From assembly GCA_051013385.1 (NCBI GenBank), contig CP143273.1, positions 32,001-96,000 on the forward strand: a DNA stretch of 64,000 nt, read 5' to 3'. Shown here piece by piece: positions 1 through 9,637 of the stretch. The notes under the pieces are model-generated. The model did not search any database. It was not told the origin of the DNA and worked only from the letters and a program-made list of their open reading frames with translations. Position numbers and translations under genes: made by a program. The stretch comes from Phormidium sp. GTDB lineage: Bacteria; Cyanobacteriota; Cyanobacteriia; Cyanobacteriales; Aerosakkonemataceae. Within the stretch, counting starts at the first letter, position 1. Each line of letters opens with the position of its first letter.

Positions 1-210
1 TTGGCTTATATATTAGCAGCAATCTCATTCTTTTTAGCTGTAATGATTGATGCCAGAACTTTAGCAATTTCCGGGGACAATTTCTTACCTCCTTTAGGAT
101 TTTGGTTAGCCCTGGTCAGTGGGATTGTTTTAGCAATAGGTGGCTATTTGCTGAAAAAATTGAGTCGGCTGTTTTATGTTTATGAGTTTGAACACGCTCA
201 TAATGATTAA
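1..210 (+). CDS. 3' end of a membrane protein (partial, begins outside the window)
   Basis: Two hydrophobic segments; ORF runs from the window edge. Confidence 0.5.
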   Translation: MAYILAAISFFLAVMIDARTLAISGDNFLPPLGFWLALVSGIVLAIGGYLLKKLSRLFYVYEFEHAHND

Positions 211-257
211 TTTGTTTAATATTGATTACTTAAATGTTGACGACAGATGCTTGGGAT

Positions 258-321
258 GGGCGGGTTTTGATTTCTATATTATCTATGGGTATTCCAATCT
301 TCTGGCTAAACCCGCCCCTAC
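258..321. repeat. REP-like inverted repeat GGGCGGGTTT...AAACCCGCCC(CTAC)
   Basis: 10-bp inverted arms ending in CTAC (GTAG on the other strand); intergenic. Confidence 0.65.
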
Positions 322-391
322 TCATTTGTATTAATCATTTATGTAAACAATATAATTTGTTTAACTACTCAACTCTTTTCCTGAAATACCA

Positions 392-994
392 GTGAACTAC
401 TATCAACAACATCCTAACGCTTTGCCACTGAATTACCTCAACGACTTGCGAGGAGAAATTCTCGCAAGTCCTTATTTCGCCGTCAACAATCTCAACCGTG
501 ATTTTGTTGGCACTAAAGGTTTTTCAGTAGTCTTTCATCGTTCAGAAATTGCGGAAGTTGAACGAAAGTTTCCCTTTTTTAAACCTTATTTAGACCGAGC
601 CTTAGAGCCTGTTTGTAATGCTTTTTACCTGAATCCGTTGCTACTTCAGGAAGGTTCGCGAGTTGATCCACATATCGATCGCTCTCTCCGCTCCTACTGC
701 AAAACCATTGAACCACCAATGGTAGTCAGCGTGCTTTACGTGCAAGTACCAGAAAATTTGCAAGGAGGCGAATTAGTCCTCCGAAATCATAAACAACAAG
801 TCGGGCAAATTAAACCACAAGTTAACACATTAGTTTATTTTCAAGGAGACTTAACCCATTCGGTAAATGCAGTAAAAACCCCTGGAACTCGTCTCAGTTT
901 AGTTTGCGAACAGTATAGTTTAAGCGAAAAAGAATTGCAAGACATTCCTGAATTTACAGTGGAATCTAGAGCAATGAAGGCGAAAAAGCGGTAA
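392..994 (+). CDS. 2OG-Fe(II) oxygenase family protein
   Basis: HxD (PHID), GGEL, distal His (THSV) and RxS (RLS) motifs. Confidence 0.85.
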   Translation: MNYYQQHPNALPLNYLNDLRGEILASPYFAVNNLNRDFVGTKGFSVVFHRSEIAEVERKFPFFKPYLDRALEPVCNAFYLNPLLLQEGSRVDPHIDRSLRSYCKTIEPPMVVSVLYVQVPENLQGGELVLRNHKQQVGQIKPQVNTLVYFQGDLTHSVNAVKTPGTRLSLVCEQYSLSEKELQDIPEFTVESRAMKAKKR

Positions 995-1066
995 GATAAC
1001 AAAACCTAAAAGCGATCGACTTAAAAATTATCTTCCATTCAACTCTAAACTACTGTTACTCCAACA

Positions 1067-1576
1067 ATGATGCACTCTTTACGATTCCTATCTTTTACCT
1101 TAATCCTGTGTGGTTTTCTGCAAAATTTAGCGATCGCTTTTCCACCAAATTTATCCCCAGACTTCAGCAAAGCTAATCAAATTAACGCTCAAATTGAACC
1201 TGCAACCGATGAAGCATTTTACAATGGAACCGTGCAGCAACTCGAACAAAGCACTAAAGGCTGCAAAAAAAGCCGCAGAAACATCGGTAATATGACTTAC
1301 CAAATTTGTACCATTAACGGTCAACCAGTGCAAGCTTCTGAAGCGCTAACTCAAGAGGGAGATGGTTTAGGATACTGGTTTAAGAACAAACAAGTTAGAG
1401 CAATTCGCTTTTTTCATAATGGCGATTTGGCGATTTTCAACGATGGGAAATTAGCAGCTTTGTATTATGATGGTGATAAAATGAAAACTGATTTTACCGC
1501 ATCGGAAAGGAAAGATTTAGAAGCAACTGCTAGAACTGGCTACCGCCGGATTTTCCAGGTTTTTAAAATTCGGTAA
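1067..1576 (+). CDS. Secreted hypothetical protein
   Basis: N-terminal signal peptide ending AIA; 169-aa ORF. Confidence 0.65.
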   Translation: MMHSLRFLSFTLILCGFLQNLAIAFPPNLSPDFSKANQINAQIEPATDEAFYNGTVQQLEQSTKGCKKSRRNIGNMTYQICTINGQPVQASEALTQEGDGLGYWFKNKQVRAIRFFHNGDLAIFNDGKLAALYYDGDKMKTDFTASERKDLEATARTGYRRIFQVFKIR

Positions 1577-1605
1577 TTGGGGAGAGTACGATCGCTTAAA
1601 ACAAA

Positions 1606-1965
1606 TTAAATATTAAAAGCCTGACAAAGTTCTGCAACAGATTTCATCGGTAGATAAAGTTTCATTGGTTCTTGTTTGAACGGTTGAAAACCATATTTTT
1701 GATAGAAATTTGTGGCTCTCTCATTTAGGGCTTCTGCTATTACAGCTAAAGATGCTACTTGTGCAGTTGCCAAGAGTGCCTTTTTCAAGGAATCGATCAG
1801 AATTAATTCACCTAAATGATTATTTTGCTGAGTGCGATCGACCGCCAAACGACCGAGCAAAGTAGCCGGAAGCAGGGGATAGCGAGGCAAATTTTTAGCA
1901 AAAGATTCGCTCAGTTCTGTTAATGCGTACGAATCCAGAGAAAAAAGAATAATTACTGAAATCAA
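1606..1965 (-). pseudogene. GNAT acetyltransferase (TA-toxin type), N-terminally truncated
   Basis: LPRYPLLPATLLGRLAVD...A.FYQKYGF motif; N-terminal part and antitoxin gene absent. Confidence 0.7.
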
Positions 1966-2014
1966 CCGGGAAAAACTTCCCAGTTTTGCTGAATCTTTAA
2001 AAAGAAATAAGTAT

Positions 2015-2476
2015 ATGGACTTGCAGCCTTTTTATCAGAGAAGGTTGCGTTGGGATGAAAAAAAACAGTCACGTTTGATCGAATCATTCCTGATTAATAT
2101 TCCTGTTCCTCCTATTATACTGTTTGAAAAAGAGTATAACTTTTATGAAGTGATGGATGGTCAACAAAGAATCACTGCTATTCGGGATTTTTACGAAAAC
2201 AAACTAAGGTTAACTGGGCTTGAACTTTGGTCAGAACTTAATGGGCGAACCTACTATGAGCGATTTGTTGAAAATTTAATTTCAGATTGGCTGAGACTTT
2301 TGCCAGATCTTGTTTCAGACTATTCAAACTTAGGAGAAACCATCTTAAATACTCATTGTCAAGGAATAGGGCGCTTGCTGCTGGAACGGAACAAGAATAG
2401 ATTTCAACATCTTTCAGTTGAGAAAAGCGATCGCACTGATGTCTGGGTGCTACTTTTCTGTATAAGCTTTAGATGA
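2015..2476 (+). pseudogene. DUF262 (ParB-like/GmrS) domain fragment
   Basis: YQRR..W, LIES...IPVPPI and VMDGQQRITAI motifs, followed by apparently unrelated sequence. Confidence 0.7.
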
Positions 2477-2565
2477 TGAGGAAAAAAAATTTGCCACGCA
2501 AGCTTTACCTCCTCTGTCTTTAAGAAGAGGAGAGAATAAATTAAAGGCGATCGCTTACTGACTTA

Positions 2566-2743
2566 AACTGAGATCTTGAACCTGCGATTTTAGCCCGCCC
2601 GGAAATCAATTTCCGGGCTAATAGCTCAACTCCATTAAAATGGACTAAATACTTACGTTTCACTCCTATGATAGAGGACTTTAGCTATAAGAAAAGCCAA
2701 TTGATTCGCAGGCGGATTTTGGGACTGGTGCAAGATCTGAGTT
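2566..2743. mobile_element. MITE-like element with ~17-bp terminal inverted repeats
   Basis: AACTGAGATCTTGAACC ... GGTGCAAGATCTGAGTT (2 mismatches); internal hairpins; no ORF. Confidence 0.65.
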
Positions 2744-2770
2744 AAACTGAATGTATTTCCCAAATGTTAC

Positions 2771-3046
2771 TTACTTAGAAGGTTGATCTACCTGAGTCGG
2801 AACATCAAACAGATTATAGCGATTGAGAAAAGTAATCACACCTACAGCTAAAATTGCTCCCAAAGTAACACCAATAGCAATCAAAATTAAGGTGAGACTT
2901 TTTAAACTCTGTTTCGCTGCTTTTACCTCTTTACTCTGCGTAGTCGTTGGTTCTACTTCTTGATTAATCGGCTGTTGATGGTTATTTAGCTTACCCAAGC
3001 CGTTAGAGTCATCATCTTCGGAATTATTAAATGGATGCTGGTTCAT
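2771..3046 (-). CDS. Small single-pass membrane protein
   Basis: One hydrophobic helix near the C-terminus. Confidence 0.65.
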   Translation of the reverse strand: MNQHPFNNSEDDDSNGLGKLNNHQQPINQEVEPTTTQSKEVKAAKQSLKSLTLILIAIGVTLGAILAVGVITFLNRYNLFDVPTQVDQPSK

Positions 3047-3080
3047 AATTTTATAAAAAATCTTGTTTGTACTGAAATCA

Positions 3081-3831
3081 TCAACCTTGCCACTGCGTCA
3101 ACAACCAAGCACTAACTTTACCATGATTCATTTCTCGACTGCGCCGCAAAGCTGCTTCTAAAATGGCAATTTCTAAACCAGTAATCACCTGAGATCGATC
3201 GATCCTTCGACTACCTCTGTCCAAAATTTCTAAGGCAATTATTTCCACATTTTGAACATCAATAATCCAATATTCCTGCACTCCCAAAGATTCGTAAAGT
3301 AACCGTTTCTCACCTTTATCATCAGCTAAAGAACTATAGGCAACTTCAATTACAGGACTTACGCAGCGTGGGTCAAAAACCCGGTTTGGAGCGTTAACCT
3401 TGCTCATCTAAACCAACGATTTTGTTGAGAAACCGGGTTTTTATGCGTAAGTCCTAAATTACTAAATCAGGCGGTGGATAAATATCAAGATCGATGATAG
3501 TTGTTTCCCAAGGTACAATTTCCGCATTTTCTCCCACATAAAATGAGACATCTGGTTGTGCTTCCTCATAGCCTGTTTTGCGGTAGGTGCAGTTATCATG
3601 ACTGTATAGGTTAATTTGGTTCAGTCCTGCAAAAAGACAAATAGCATAAATAATGATTGGGTGATCGCGAGAATGTGCATTACCAAACGGAGGCATTTCC
3701 AACCTCATGCGTCCTTTGTAATAATAGCTTTTAGCTTTTTCGTAAGTGCGATCGCAAATCACCTGCAAATATTCTTCCCAAGTCGCATTTATCCAAGTAT
3801 CCGTTAGCAGTTGCGTTTGTAGCTGACTCAT
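3081..3831 (-). pseudogene. Uma2 family endonuclease interrupted by a MITE
   Basis: QPDVSFY...PPPDLVI and IEVAYSSL...EYWIID halves join in frame after removing 3353-3456 and one AATTA copy. Confidence 0.9.
3353..3456. mobile_element. 104-bp MITE, TIR AGGACTTACGCA/TGCGTAAGTCCT, target duplication AATTA
   Basis: Perfect 12-bp inverted ends; AATTA(C) direct repeat on both sides. Confidence 0.9.
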
Positions 3832-3919
3832 AAACAGTACCATTAATGTGCGACCATCACATTTTAAACGAATCGCCCAACCTACGGCACAATATAAAGA
3901 AGTCAACAATGGAGTATTT

Positions 3920-4498
3920 ATGGCTAAGAAAGGTAAAAAGCACAATCTCCAATGGATCAAAGAAACTCTAGAGTTAAAAGAAGACCACAACTGGAAATCA
4001 ACCCCAGGAACTCGCATCTTTGTTGCTGGAAGAGGGGCGGTACGCTTTGATGTGCCCCAAGATTGGCATTTTGAACCAGATACAAAATCATTTCGGTTTT
4101 TAGACAAAAAACCACCAAATGATGATTGTCGCTTAGAAGCTTCTTATAATTTACTTCCCCAAGGCGATTGGTCAGAATTTCCCTTAGTTCCCCTATTAAA
4201 GCAGATCGTTCGCGATGATGAACGGAATCCGATCGCACAAGGAGAAATTGTCCAATTCAAACGTCAAACCGCCCGTGTTGTTTGGACAGAAATTAAATTT
4301 ATTGACCCCAACGAAAACCGCGAAGCTTTTTCCCGAATTTGCATTGGTTTAGGTTCTGGTGTGCAATGTTTAATTACCTTTGACTTCTGGGCAGATCAAG
4401 CAGAAAAGCTAATTCCAGTATGGGATACAGTGATGAATTCTTTAGTTCTCGGTTTGTATATCCGCGATCCTCGCACAGGATTTGCATTACCTGATTAG
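3920..4498 (+). CDS. Hypothetical protein
   Basis: GGAG RBS before ATG 3920; 192-aa globular-looking ORF. Confidence 0.75.
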   Translation: MAKKGKKHNLQWIKETLELKEDHNWKSTPGTRIFVAGRGAVRFDVPQDWHFEPDTKSFRFLDKKPPNDDCRLEASYNLLPQGDWSEFPLVPLLKQIVRDDERNPIAQGEIVQFKRQTARVVWTEIKFIDPNENREAFSRICIGLGSGVQCLITFDFWADQAEKLIPVWDTVMNSLVLGLYIRDPRTGFALPD

Positions 4499-4591
4499 TT
4501 AAATATAAAACTTTAGTAAAAGCTAGGTTGATTTGGTTTTTCTCATTTTTGCCTAGCGCAATTTTCAATGATTTTCAAAGGGGGAAATCAA

Positions 4592-5191
4592 ATGATTATG
4601 CAAGCAGAACATAAAAAATATTACACTGCTGACGAATACCTTGATTTTGAGGTGAATTCAGAACAACGTCATGAATATATTAACGGAGAAATAGTGCCGA
4701 TGGCTGGTGGAATGCCGAATCACAACACAATTGCTGGCAATCTTTATGCTGCATTAAATTTTGCACTCAAGCGTCAACCCTATAGGGCTTTTGTTACAGA
4801 TCAACGGCTTTGGATTCCTGAAAAACGGATCTATACTTATCCTGATGTAATGGTAGTTCAAGGCGAATTACAATTGCAAGAAGGACGTAAAGATACTATT
4901 ACTAATCCTTTATTTATTGCTGAAGTTTTGTCGGATTCTACCAGGAATTATGATAAAGATGCAAAGTTTGCAGCTTATCGTACTATTCCCAGTTTTCAGG
5001 AGTATCTTTTAATTGACCAGTACAAGATGCACATTGAGCAGTATTTTAGGACCGATCGCAAAACCTGGATTTTTTCCGAATATGACGCTCTAAATGAAAC
5101 AATCTCGTTAAATTCCCTTTCCTTAGAAATAACCTTGGCAGATATTTATGATAAAGTTGAGTTTGAAGTAATAGAAGATAGCGAGAATTAA
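4592..5191 (+). CDS. Uma2 family (DUF820) endonuclease
   Basis: HEYINGEI, YTYPDV, AEVLSDST, EYLLIDQ. Confidence 0.9.
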   Translation: MIMQAEHKKYYTADEYLDFEVNSEQRHEYINGEIVPMAGGMPNHNTIAGNLYAALNFALKRQPYRAFVTDQRLWIPEKRIYTYPDVMVVQGELQLQEGRKDTITNPLFIAEVLSDSTRNYDKDAKFAAYRTIPSFQEYLLIDQYKMHIEQYFRTDRKTWIFSEYDALNETISLNSLSLEITLADIYDKVEFEVIEDSEN

Positions 5192-5457
5192 GAGCATTTT
5201 TCACCGCAGATAAACGCAAACATTTAACTATTATAGCTGCCAACGTCTAGCAACTAGAATACGATCCACCAATGACTCCAGAGTGCTTTGTATTGTAGGA
5301 GCAAAACCGAAGTTTGGAATGATATAAATGTCACCGATTTGGATAGCCTCATTCTCGTATAATCTAGCAGCTTCACCATGCTGCTGAATTAATTTTTCTA
5401 ACTTTTTGGAAAACATATATACAATTTACGCTAATAGTAAACGTTAAAATACTGACG

Positions 5458-5492
5458 TAGATCCCCGACTTCTTCAAGAAGTCGGGGATCTA
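5458..5492. repeat. Dispersed palindrome AGATCCCCGACTTCT..AGAAGTCGGGGATCT (copy 1)
   Basis: Near-perfect hairpin; second copy at 13133-13165. Confidence 0.85.
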
Positions 5493-5549
5493 TACCCACA
5501 ATAGAGTAAAATTTCTTTACATACCGCCATTTGCTAACCAATCAATCCC

Positions 5550-7061
5550 ATGTTTTGCGATTACCTGCAACTTATCCTCACCGCCCGTGTTTACGATGTA
5601 GCCCAAGAAACTCCTTTAGAATACGCCCCTAATCTTTCTAAACGTCTGAATAACCAACTGCTGCTAAAGCGGGAGGATATGCAATCTGTTTTCTCTTTTA
5701 AATTGCGGGGTGCTTATAACAAAATGGCACAATTACCGCCAGATATTTTAGCGCAAGGTGTCATTGCGGCATCTGCGGGAAATCATGCCCAAGGTGTTGC
5801 CCTTGGTGCTAGTAAATTGGGAACAAAAGCGATTATTGTGATGCCAGTAACTACGCCGCAAGTAAAAGTTGATGCGGTGAAAGCTAGAGGCGGAGAAGTT
5901 GTTTTGTATGGCGATACTTTTGATGAAGCTTGTTGTTATGCGCGTCAATTAGAAATAGAAAAAGGGTTAACTTTTATTCATCCTTTTGACGATCCTCATG
6001 TGATTGCTGGGCAGGGTACGATCGGCATGGAAATTCTGCGACAATATCAGAAACCAATTCATGCTATTTTTGTGGCAATTGGAGGCGGTGGTTTAATTTC
6101 CGGTATTGGCGCTTATGTAAAACGCATTCGTCCAGATATTAAAATTATTGGTGTAGAACCTGTGGATGCTGATGCCATGTATCAGTCTTTGAAAGCAGGA
6201 GAAAGGGTAAAATTACCACAGGTGGGTTTATTCGCTGATGGTGTAGCTGTGCGAGAAGTGGGAGAGGAAACTTTTCGCCTGTGTCAGGAATATTTAGATG
6301 ATATTATTTTGGTGGATACAGATGATACTTGTGCGGCAATTAAAGATGTTTTTGAGGATACAAGATCAATTTTAGAGCCAGCAGGTGCATTAGCGATCGC
6401 AGGTGCCAAAGCTTACGTTGAAAGAGAGCAAATTGCAGGACAAACTTTAGTTGCTGTCGCTTGTGGTGCTAATATGAATTTCGATCGCCTACGTTTCGTT
6501 GCCGAAAGAGCAGAATTAGGCGAACACCGCGAAGCAATTTTTGCCGTCACAATTCCCGAAACTCCAGGTAGTCTCCGCAAATTTTGCGAATGTATGGGGA
6601 GACGCAGTTTAACTGAATTCAACTATCGCATTGCAGATGAAAAAATCGCCCATATTTTTGTCGGCGTGCAAGTCCAAAATCGTGCCGATGCTGTCAAAAT
6701 GGTAGAAGCTTTTGAAGCTCACGGATTGAAAACAATTGATTTAACAGATGATGAATTAACAAAATTACATTTGCGTCACATGGTAGGCGGACGTTCTCCA
6801 CTTGCACATAATGAATTATTGTACCGTTTTGAATTTCCTGAACGTCCCGGCGCATTAATGAAATTCGTTAATTCCATGAGCCCGAATTGGAATATTAGCG
6901 TATTTCACTATCGCAATAATGGATCGGATTACGGCAGAATTGTTGTCGGAATTCAAGTACCGCCTGATGAGATGAAAGAGTGGCAAGCATTTCTTGATAC
7001 CTTGGGTTATCGCTATTGGGATGAAAGTCAAAATCCCGCTTATAAGTTGTTTTTGGGGTAG
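5550..7061 (+). CDS. ilvA: Threonine ammonia-lyase, biosynthetic
   Basis: FSFKLRGAYN PLP lysine, SAGNHAQG, two C-terminal regulatory domains. Confidence 0.97.
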   Translation: MFCDYLQLILTARVYDVAQETPLEYAPNLSKRLNNQLLLKREDMQSVFSFKLRGAYNKMAQLPPDILAQGVIAASAGNHAQGVALGASKLGTKAIIVMPVTTPQVKVDAVKARGGEVVLYGDTFDEACCYARQLEIEKGLTFIHPFDDPHVIAGQGTIGMEILRQYQKPIHAIFVAIGGGGLISGIGAYVKRIRPDIKIIGVEPVDADAMYQSLKAGERVKLPQVGLFADGVAVREVGEETFRLCQEYLDDIILVDTDDTCAAIKDVFEDTRSILEPAGALAIAGAKAYVEREQIAGQTLVAVACGANMNFDRLRFVAERAELGEHREAIFAVTIPETPGSLRKFCECMGRRSLTEFNYRIADEKIAHIFVGVQVQNRADAVKMVEAFEAHGLKTIDLTDDELTKLHLRHMVGGRSPLAHNELLYRFEFPERPGALMKFVNSMSPNWNISVFHYRNNGSDYGRIVVGIQVPPDEMKEWQAFLDTLGYRYWDESQNPAYKLFLG

Positions 7062-7099
7062 ATTAAAAAGTATTAAATAGGTTTGAAAGTGTAATTATT

Positions 7100-7393
7100 G
7101 TGTTTGAGATTGAGTTTACAGACCAAGCTGTTGAGGATTTACAATGGTTCAAAAAACATGAGCAAAACGTAATTATTGATGGCATTGAAGCAAATCTTAG
7201 TTATCAGCCAACAACTGAGACACGCAACCGAAAACCCCTACGCCCAAATAATACGGCAGAATGGGAATTGAGGTTGGGCGAGTATCGCGTTTTGTACAAT
7301 GTTGAGGAACTAGTTAGTATTGTAAGTATCGAGCGTATAGCTGCCAAGCCAGGAAACAAGTACATATTTCAAGGAGAAGAGGGGGAACTATAA
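7100..7393 (+). CDS. RelE/ParE family toxin
   Basis: IEFTDQAVEDL...WELRLGEYRVLY. Confidence 0.85.
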   Translation: MFEIEFTDQAVEDLQWFKKHEQNVIIDGIEANLSYQPTTETRNRKPLRPNNTAEWELRLGEYRVLYNVEELVSIVSIERIAAKPGNKYIFQGEEGEL

Positions 7394-7692
7394 TGCACTG
7401 GGATTATCGGGTATTTTTTGAGGATGGGGGCTATTTAATCCGCACGGTATATTATGATGATGAGGGTGCGATCGTTGCTTGTTCGGAAAAAGCGATCGAA
7501 CCTTTTGGAGAATCACTAGAAGACCTTCAAAAAGAACTAAATCTTCTGCAAACAGCTGTCACAAAAAAAGTTCTTACTGCTTCAGATATACCAAATCAAA
7601 CTGTTCGTCCAAAGGCAAAAAGAGGCAAATCCTTAGCAGCAGTTCGACAACAGCTTGGCTTACAGTCAAAAGCAGTTAAAGAAGTTAGTTGA
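7393..7692 (+). CDS. Putative antitoxin, translationally coupled to the RelE-like toxin
   Basis: TAATG overlap with the toxin stop codon; 99 aa. Confidence 0.55.
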   Translation: MHWDYRVFFEDGGYLIRTVYYDDEGAIVACSEKAIEPFGESLEDLQKELNLLQTAVTKKVLTASDIPNQTVRPKAKRGKSLAAVRQQLGLQSKAVKEVS

Positions 7693-7748
7693 CTGCAAAA
7701 AATGAAGGCAATGAAATTAAAAAAAAACTAAATCTAAAGCAGTTGTCT

Positions 7749-8507
7749 TCATCTGAGCATTGAAGGAGCATAGGTTATAAATACCAAAAGTCCTACTATG
7801 AAACCTATGATATTTCCTACAGAACCCAAGCCAATGCTTGCAAAAAATATTGCAACAAAGAATCCAGAAATTCCACTTAAAAGAAAGAGTATTGGTAATC
7901 CAAACACGACAAAACTAGACAAGTTTGCTATTGTGTAATTCATTTTTTCTCTTTCTCTTATTTTTCTAGCTTTTTCAGCTTCTGCTTCCTCTAACCGCTT
8001 TTTATTCTGCTCTGCTTCTTTTCTTTTTTGCTGTCTTTGGTTCTCTTCTATTTCCCAATTTGGATAGGCTTTATTAGCACACAACTTATGATAAATGTTA
8101 TAATTATAATTAACTTCAAAACCTTTTAATACCGTATTTCTACAATGTTTACATTTGCCAGCATAATATTCGTTCACAGAGAAAGAATGCCCACAGTTGT
8201 GACAATTTGTATCTTTTAAAGAATGTGAAATTGTTACGCTTGTTCGACAAACTGGACATTGGTATACAATTTTTTGGTTTCCAACTACTTCTTGCTGAAC
8301 CCAATTGAGGCATTCTTCGTGAGCGGAATATATAGGATCACCATCAGAATCTAAAACTTGTTTAACTTTTGACTTTCGCAATTTCTTGTTACAGATGTGA
8401 CAAGTAATACCAAAAGGCGATGTTGTTTGGCAATGGGGACATTTGTAGGCAGAAGAACTTATTTGTTTTTCGCATTCAATACAGCGGGTTAAATAAGGCT
8501 GGTTCAT
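7749..8507 (-). CDS. Multi-zinc-ribbon protein with coiled coil and two C-terminal TM helices
   Basis: Six CxxC and two HxxC motifs, charged helix, hydrophobic C-terminus. Confidence 0.75.
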   Translation of the reverse strand: MNQPYLTRCIECEKQISSSAYKCPHCQTTSPFGITCHICNKKLRKSKVKQVLDSDGDPIYSAHEECLNWVQQEVVGNQKIVYQCPVCRTSVTISHSLKDTNCHNCGHSFSVNEYYAGKCKHCRNTVLKGFEVNYNYNIYHKLCANKAYPNWEIEENQRQQKRKEAEQNKKRLEEAEAEKARKIREREKMNYTIANLSSFVVFGLPILFLLSGISGFFVAIFFASIGLGSVGNIIGFIVGLLVFITYAPSMLR

Positions 8508-8719
8508 ACTAATGACTTTGTGTTAACTCTTAAATAAAGGAAAAATTTGGATTCAATAGAATACAAATGAAATACTCCATCTTATGCTAGACCGATCGCA
8601 CCAAACTGAACAGGATAAAAAGACAAATTTTGGTTAATTTTTTTGAAAAAGACTGATTAAGACTGAAAAAGACAGATTAAGACAGTTATAATAACTAAGT
8701 TGCTTTCACCCCCTAGATT

Positions 8720-9238
8720 ATGCAGGTTGATGAAGTAGTGGAATTTGTCGATCGATCTGTATACGCGAAAACAGGCATACATCTCAATGACTTGCAACGT
8801 GAAATTATCGAGGGAATACTGAAGCGCCAAAAGTATTCGGAAATTGCAGAAAATAATGGTTGTTCAGCAGGTTATACTAAGGATGTCGGTTACAAGTTAC
8901 TGCAAATGTTATCTGATGTCTTTGATGAACCAGTTACTAAAAGAAACTTGAAATCAGTGCTAGAACGACAAGGAAATTTAAAGATTATTTTTAATAAAAA
9001 TACAATTAATGAGCCGCACAACAACATAATTGGCTATATCAATATTTGTTCAGATAAAGCCAATGCAACTCTTGATAAAAGTCAACCAGAGAAGGCTGAT
9101 TTTCACCAGGAAAGTAACAACCAAGCTAATGTGGAAACAATCAATAAATTACGGCAGTTTGGCTTAAGCGACGAACAAATTGCAACAGCGTTAAACTTAC
9201 CATTAGAGGTGGTTAAGCAGAAAAATGGAGAGGGGTGA
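8720..9238 (+). CDS. HTH protein resembling the N-terminal domain of cyanobacterial NB-ARC/NACHT proteins
   Basis: KTGIHLNDLQREII.G...KYSEIA...LLQMLS.V..EPVTKRN. Confidence 0.7.
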   Translation: MQVDEVVEFVDRSVYAKTGIHLNDLQREIIEGILKRQKYSEIAENNGCSAGYTKDVGYKLLQMLSDVFDEPVTKRNLKSVLERQGNLKIIFNKNTINEPHNNIIGYINICSDKANATLDKSQPEKADFHQESNNQANVETINKLRQFGLSDEQIATALNLPLEVVKQKNGEG

Positions 9239-9304
9239 ATTTACTGCTACAGATATTGCCTTGGATGTGGCGATATCTCAGAAGTAATTTAGAGGAATAG
9301 TGAT

Positions 9305-9619
9305 ATGGATCGAGCTAAGAGAGAACGTCTAGAAGCAGAGGGTTGGAAAGTTGGAACGGTTTCTGAATTTTTAGAACTTACTCCAGAGGAAACAGCCTTA
9401 ATTGAAATTAAATTAGCTCTCAGTCGCAGTTTAAAAGAGCGGCGACAAAAGCTAATGAATCAAGATGAATTGGCAGAAAAAAATTCAGCCAGTCAGTCAA
9501 GTATTGCATTAGCTGAAAATGCTGATGATTCCGTTTCGATCGAATCACTGATCCGAGCTATGCTGGCTACAGGTGCAACTCCTAAAGAAATAGGAGAAGC
9601 TATCTCTAGTGTGGGATAA
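9305..9619 (+). CDS. XRE-family HTH protein (HigA-like, no adjacent toxin)
   Basis: GWKVGTVSEFL.L...MNQDELAE..SQSSIA..E. Confidence 0.8.
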   Translation: MDRAKRERLEAEGWKVGTVSEFLELTPEETALIEIKLALSRSLKERRQKLMNQDELAEKNSASQSSIALAENADDSVSIESLIRAMLATGATPKEIGEAISSVG

Positions 9620-9637
9620 AAGCGATCGCAAAAAGCT

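Noticed and set aside
3832..4107. Long N-terminal extension of the Uma2 ORF
   Set aside because: It overlaps the opposite-strand gene; Uma2 similarity starts at Met 3831.
5231..5416. 61-aa minus-strand ORF
   Set aside because: No recognisable motif or RBS; may be a remnant.
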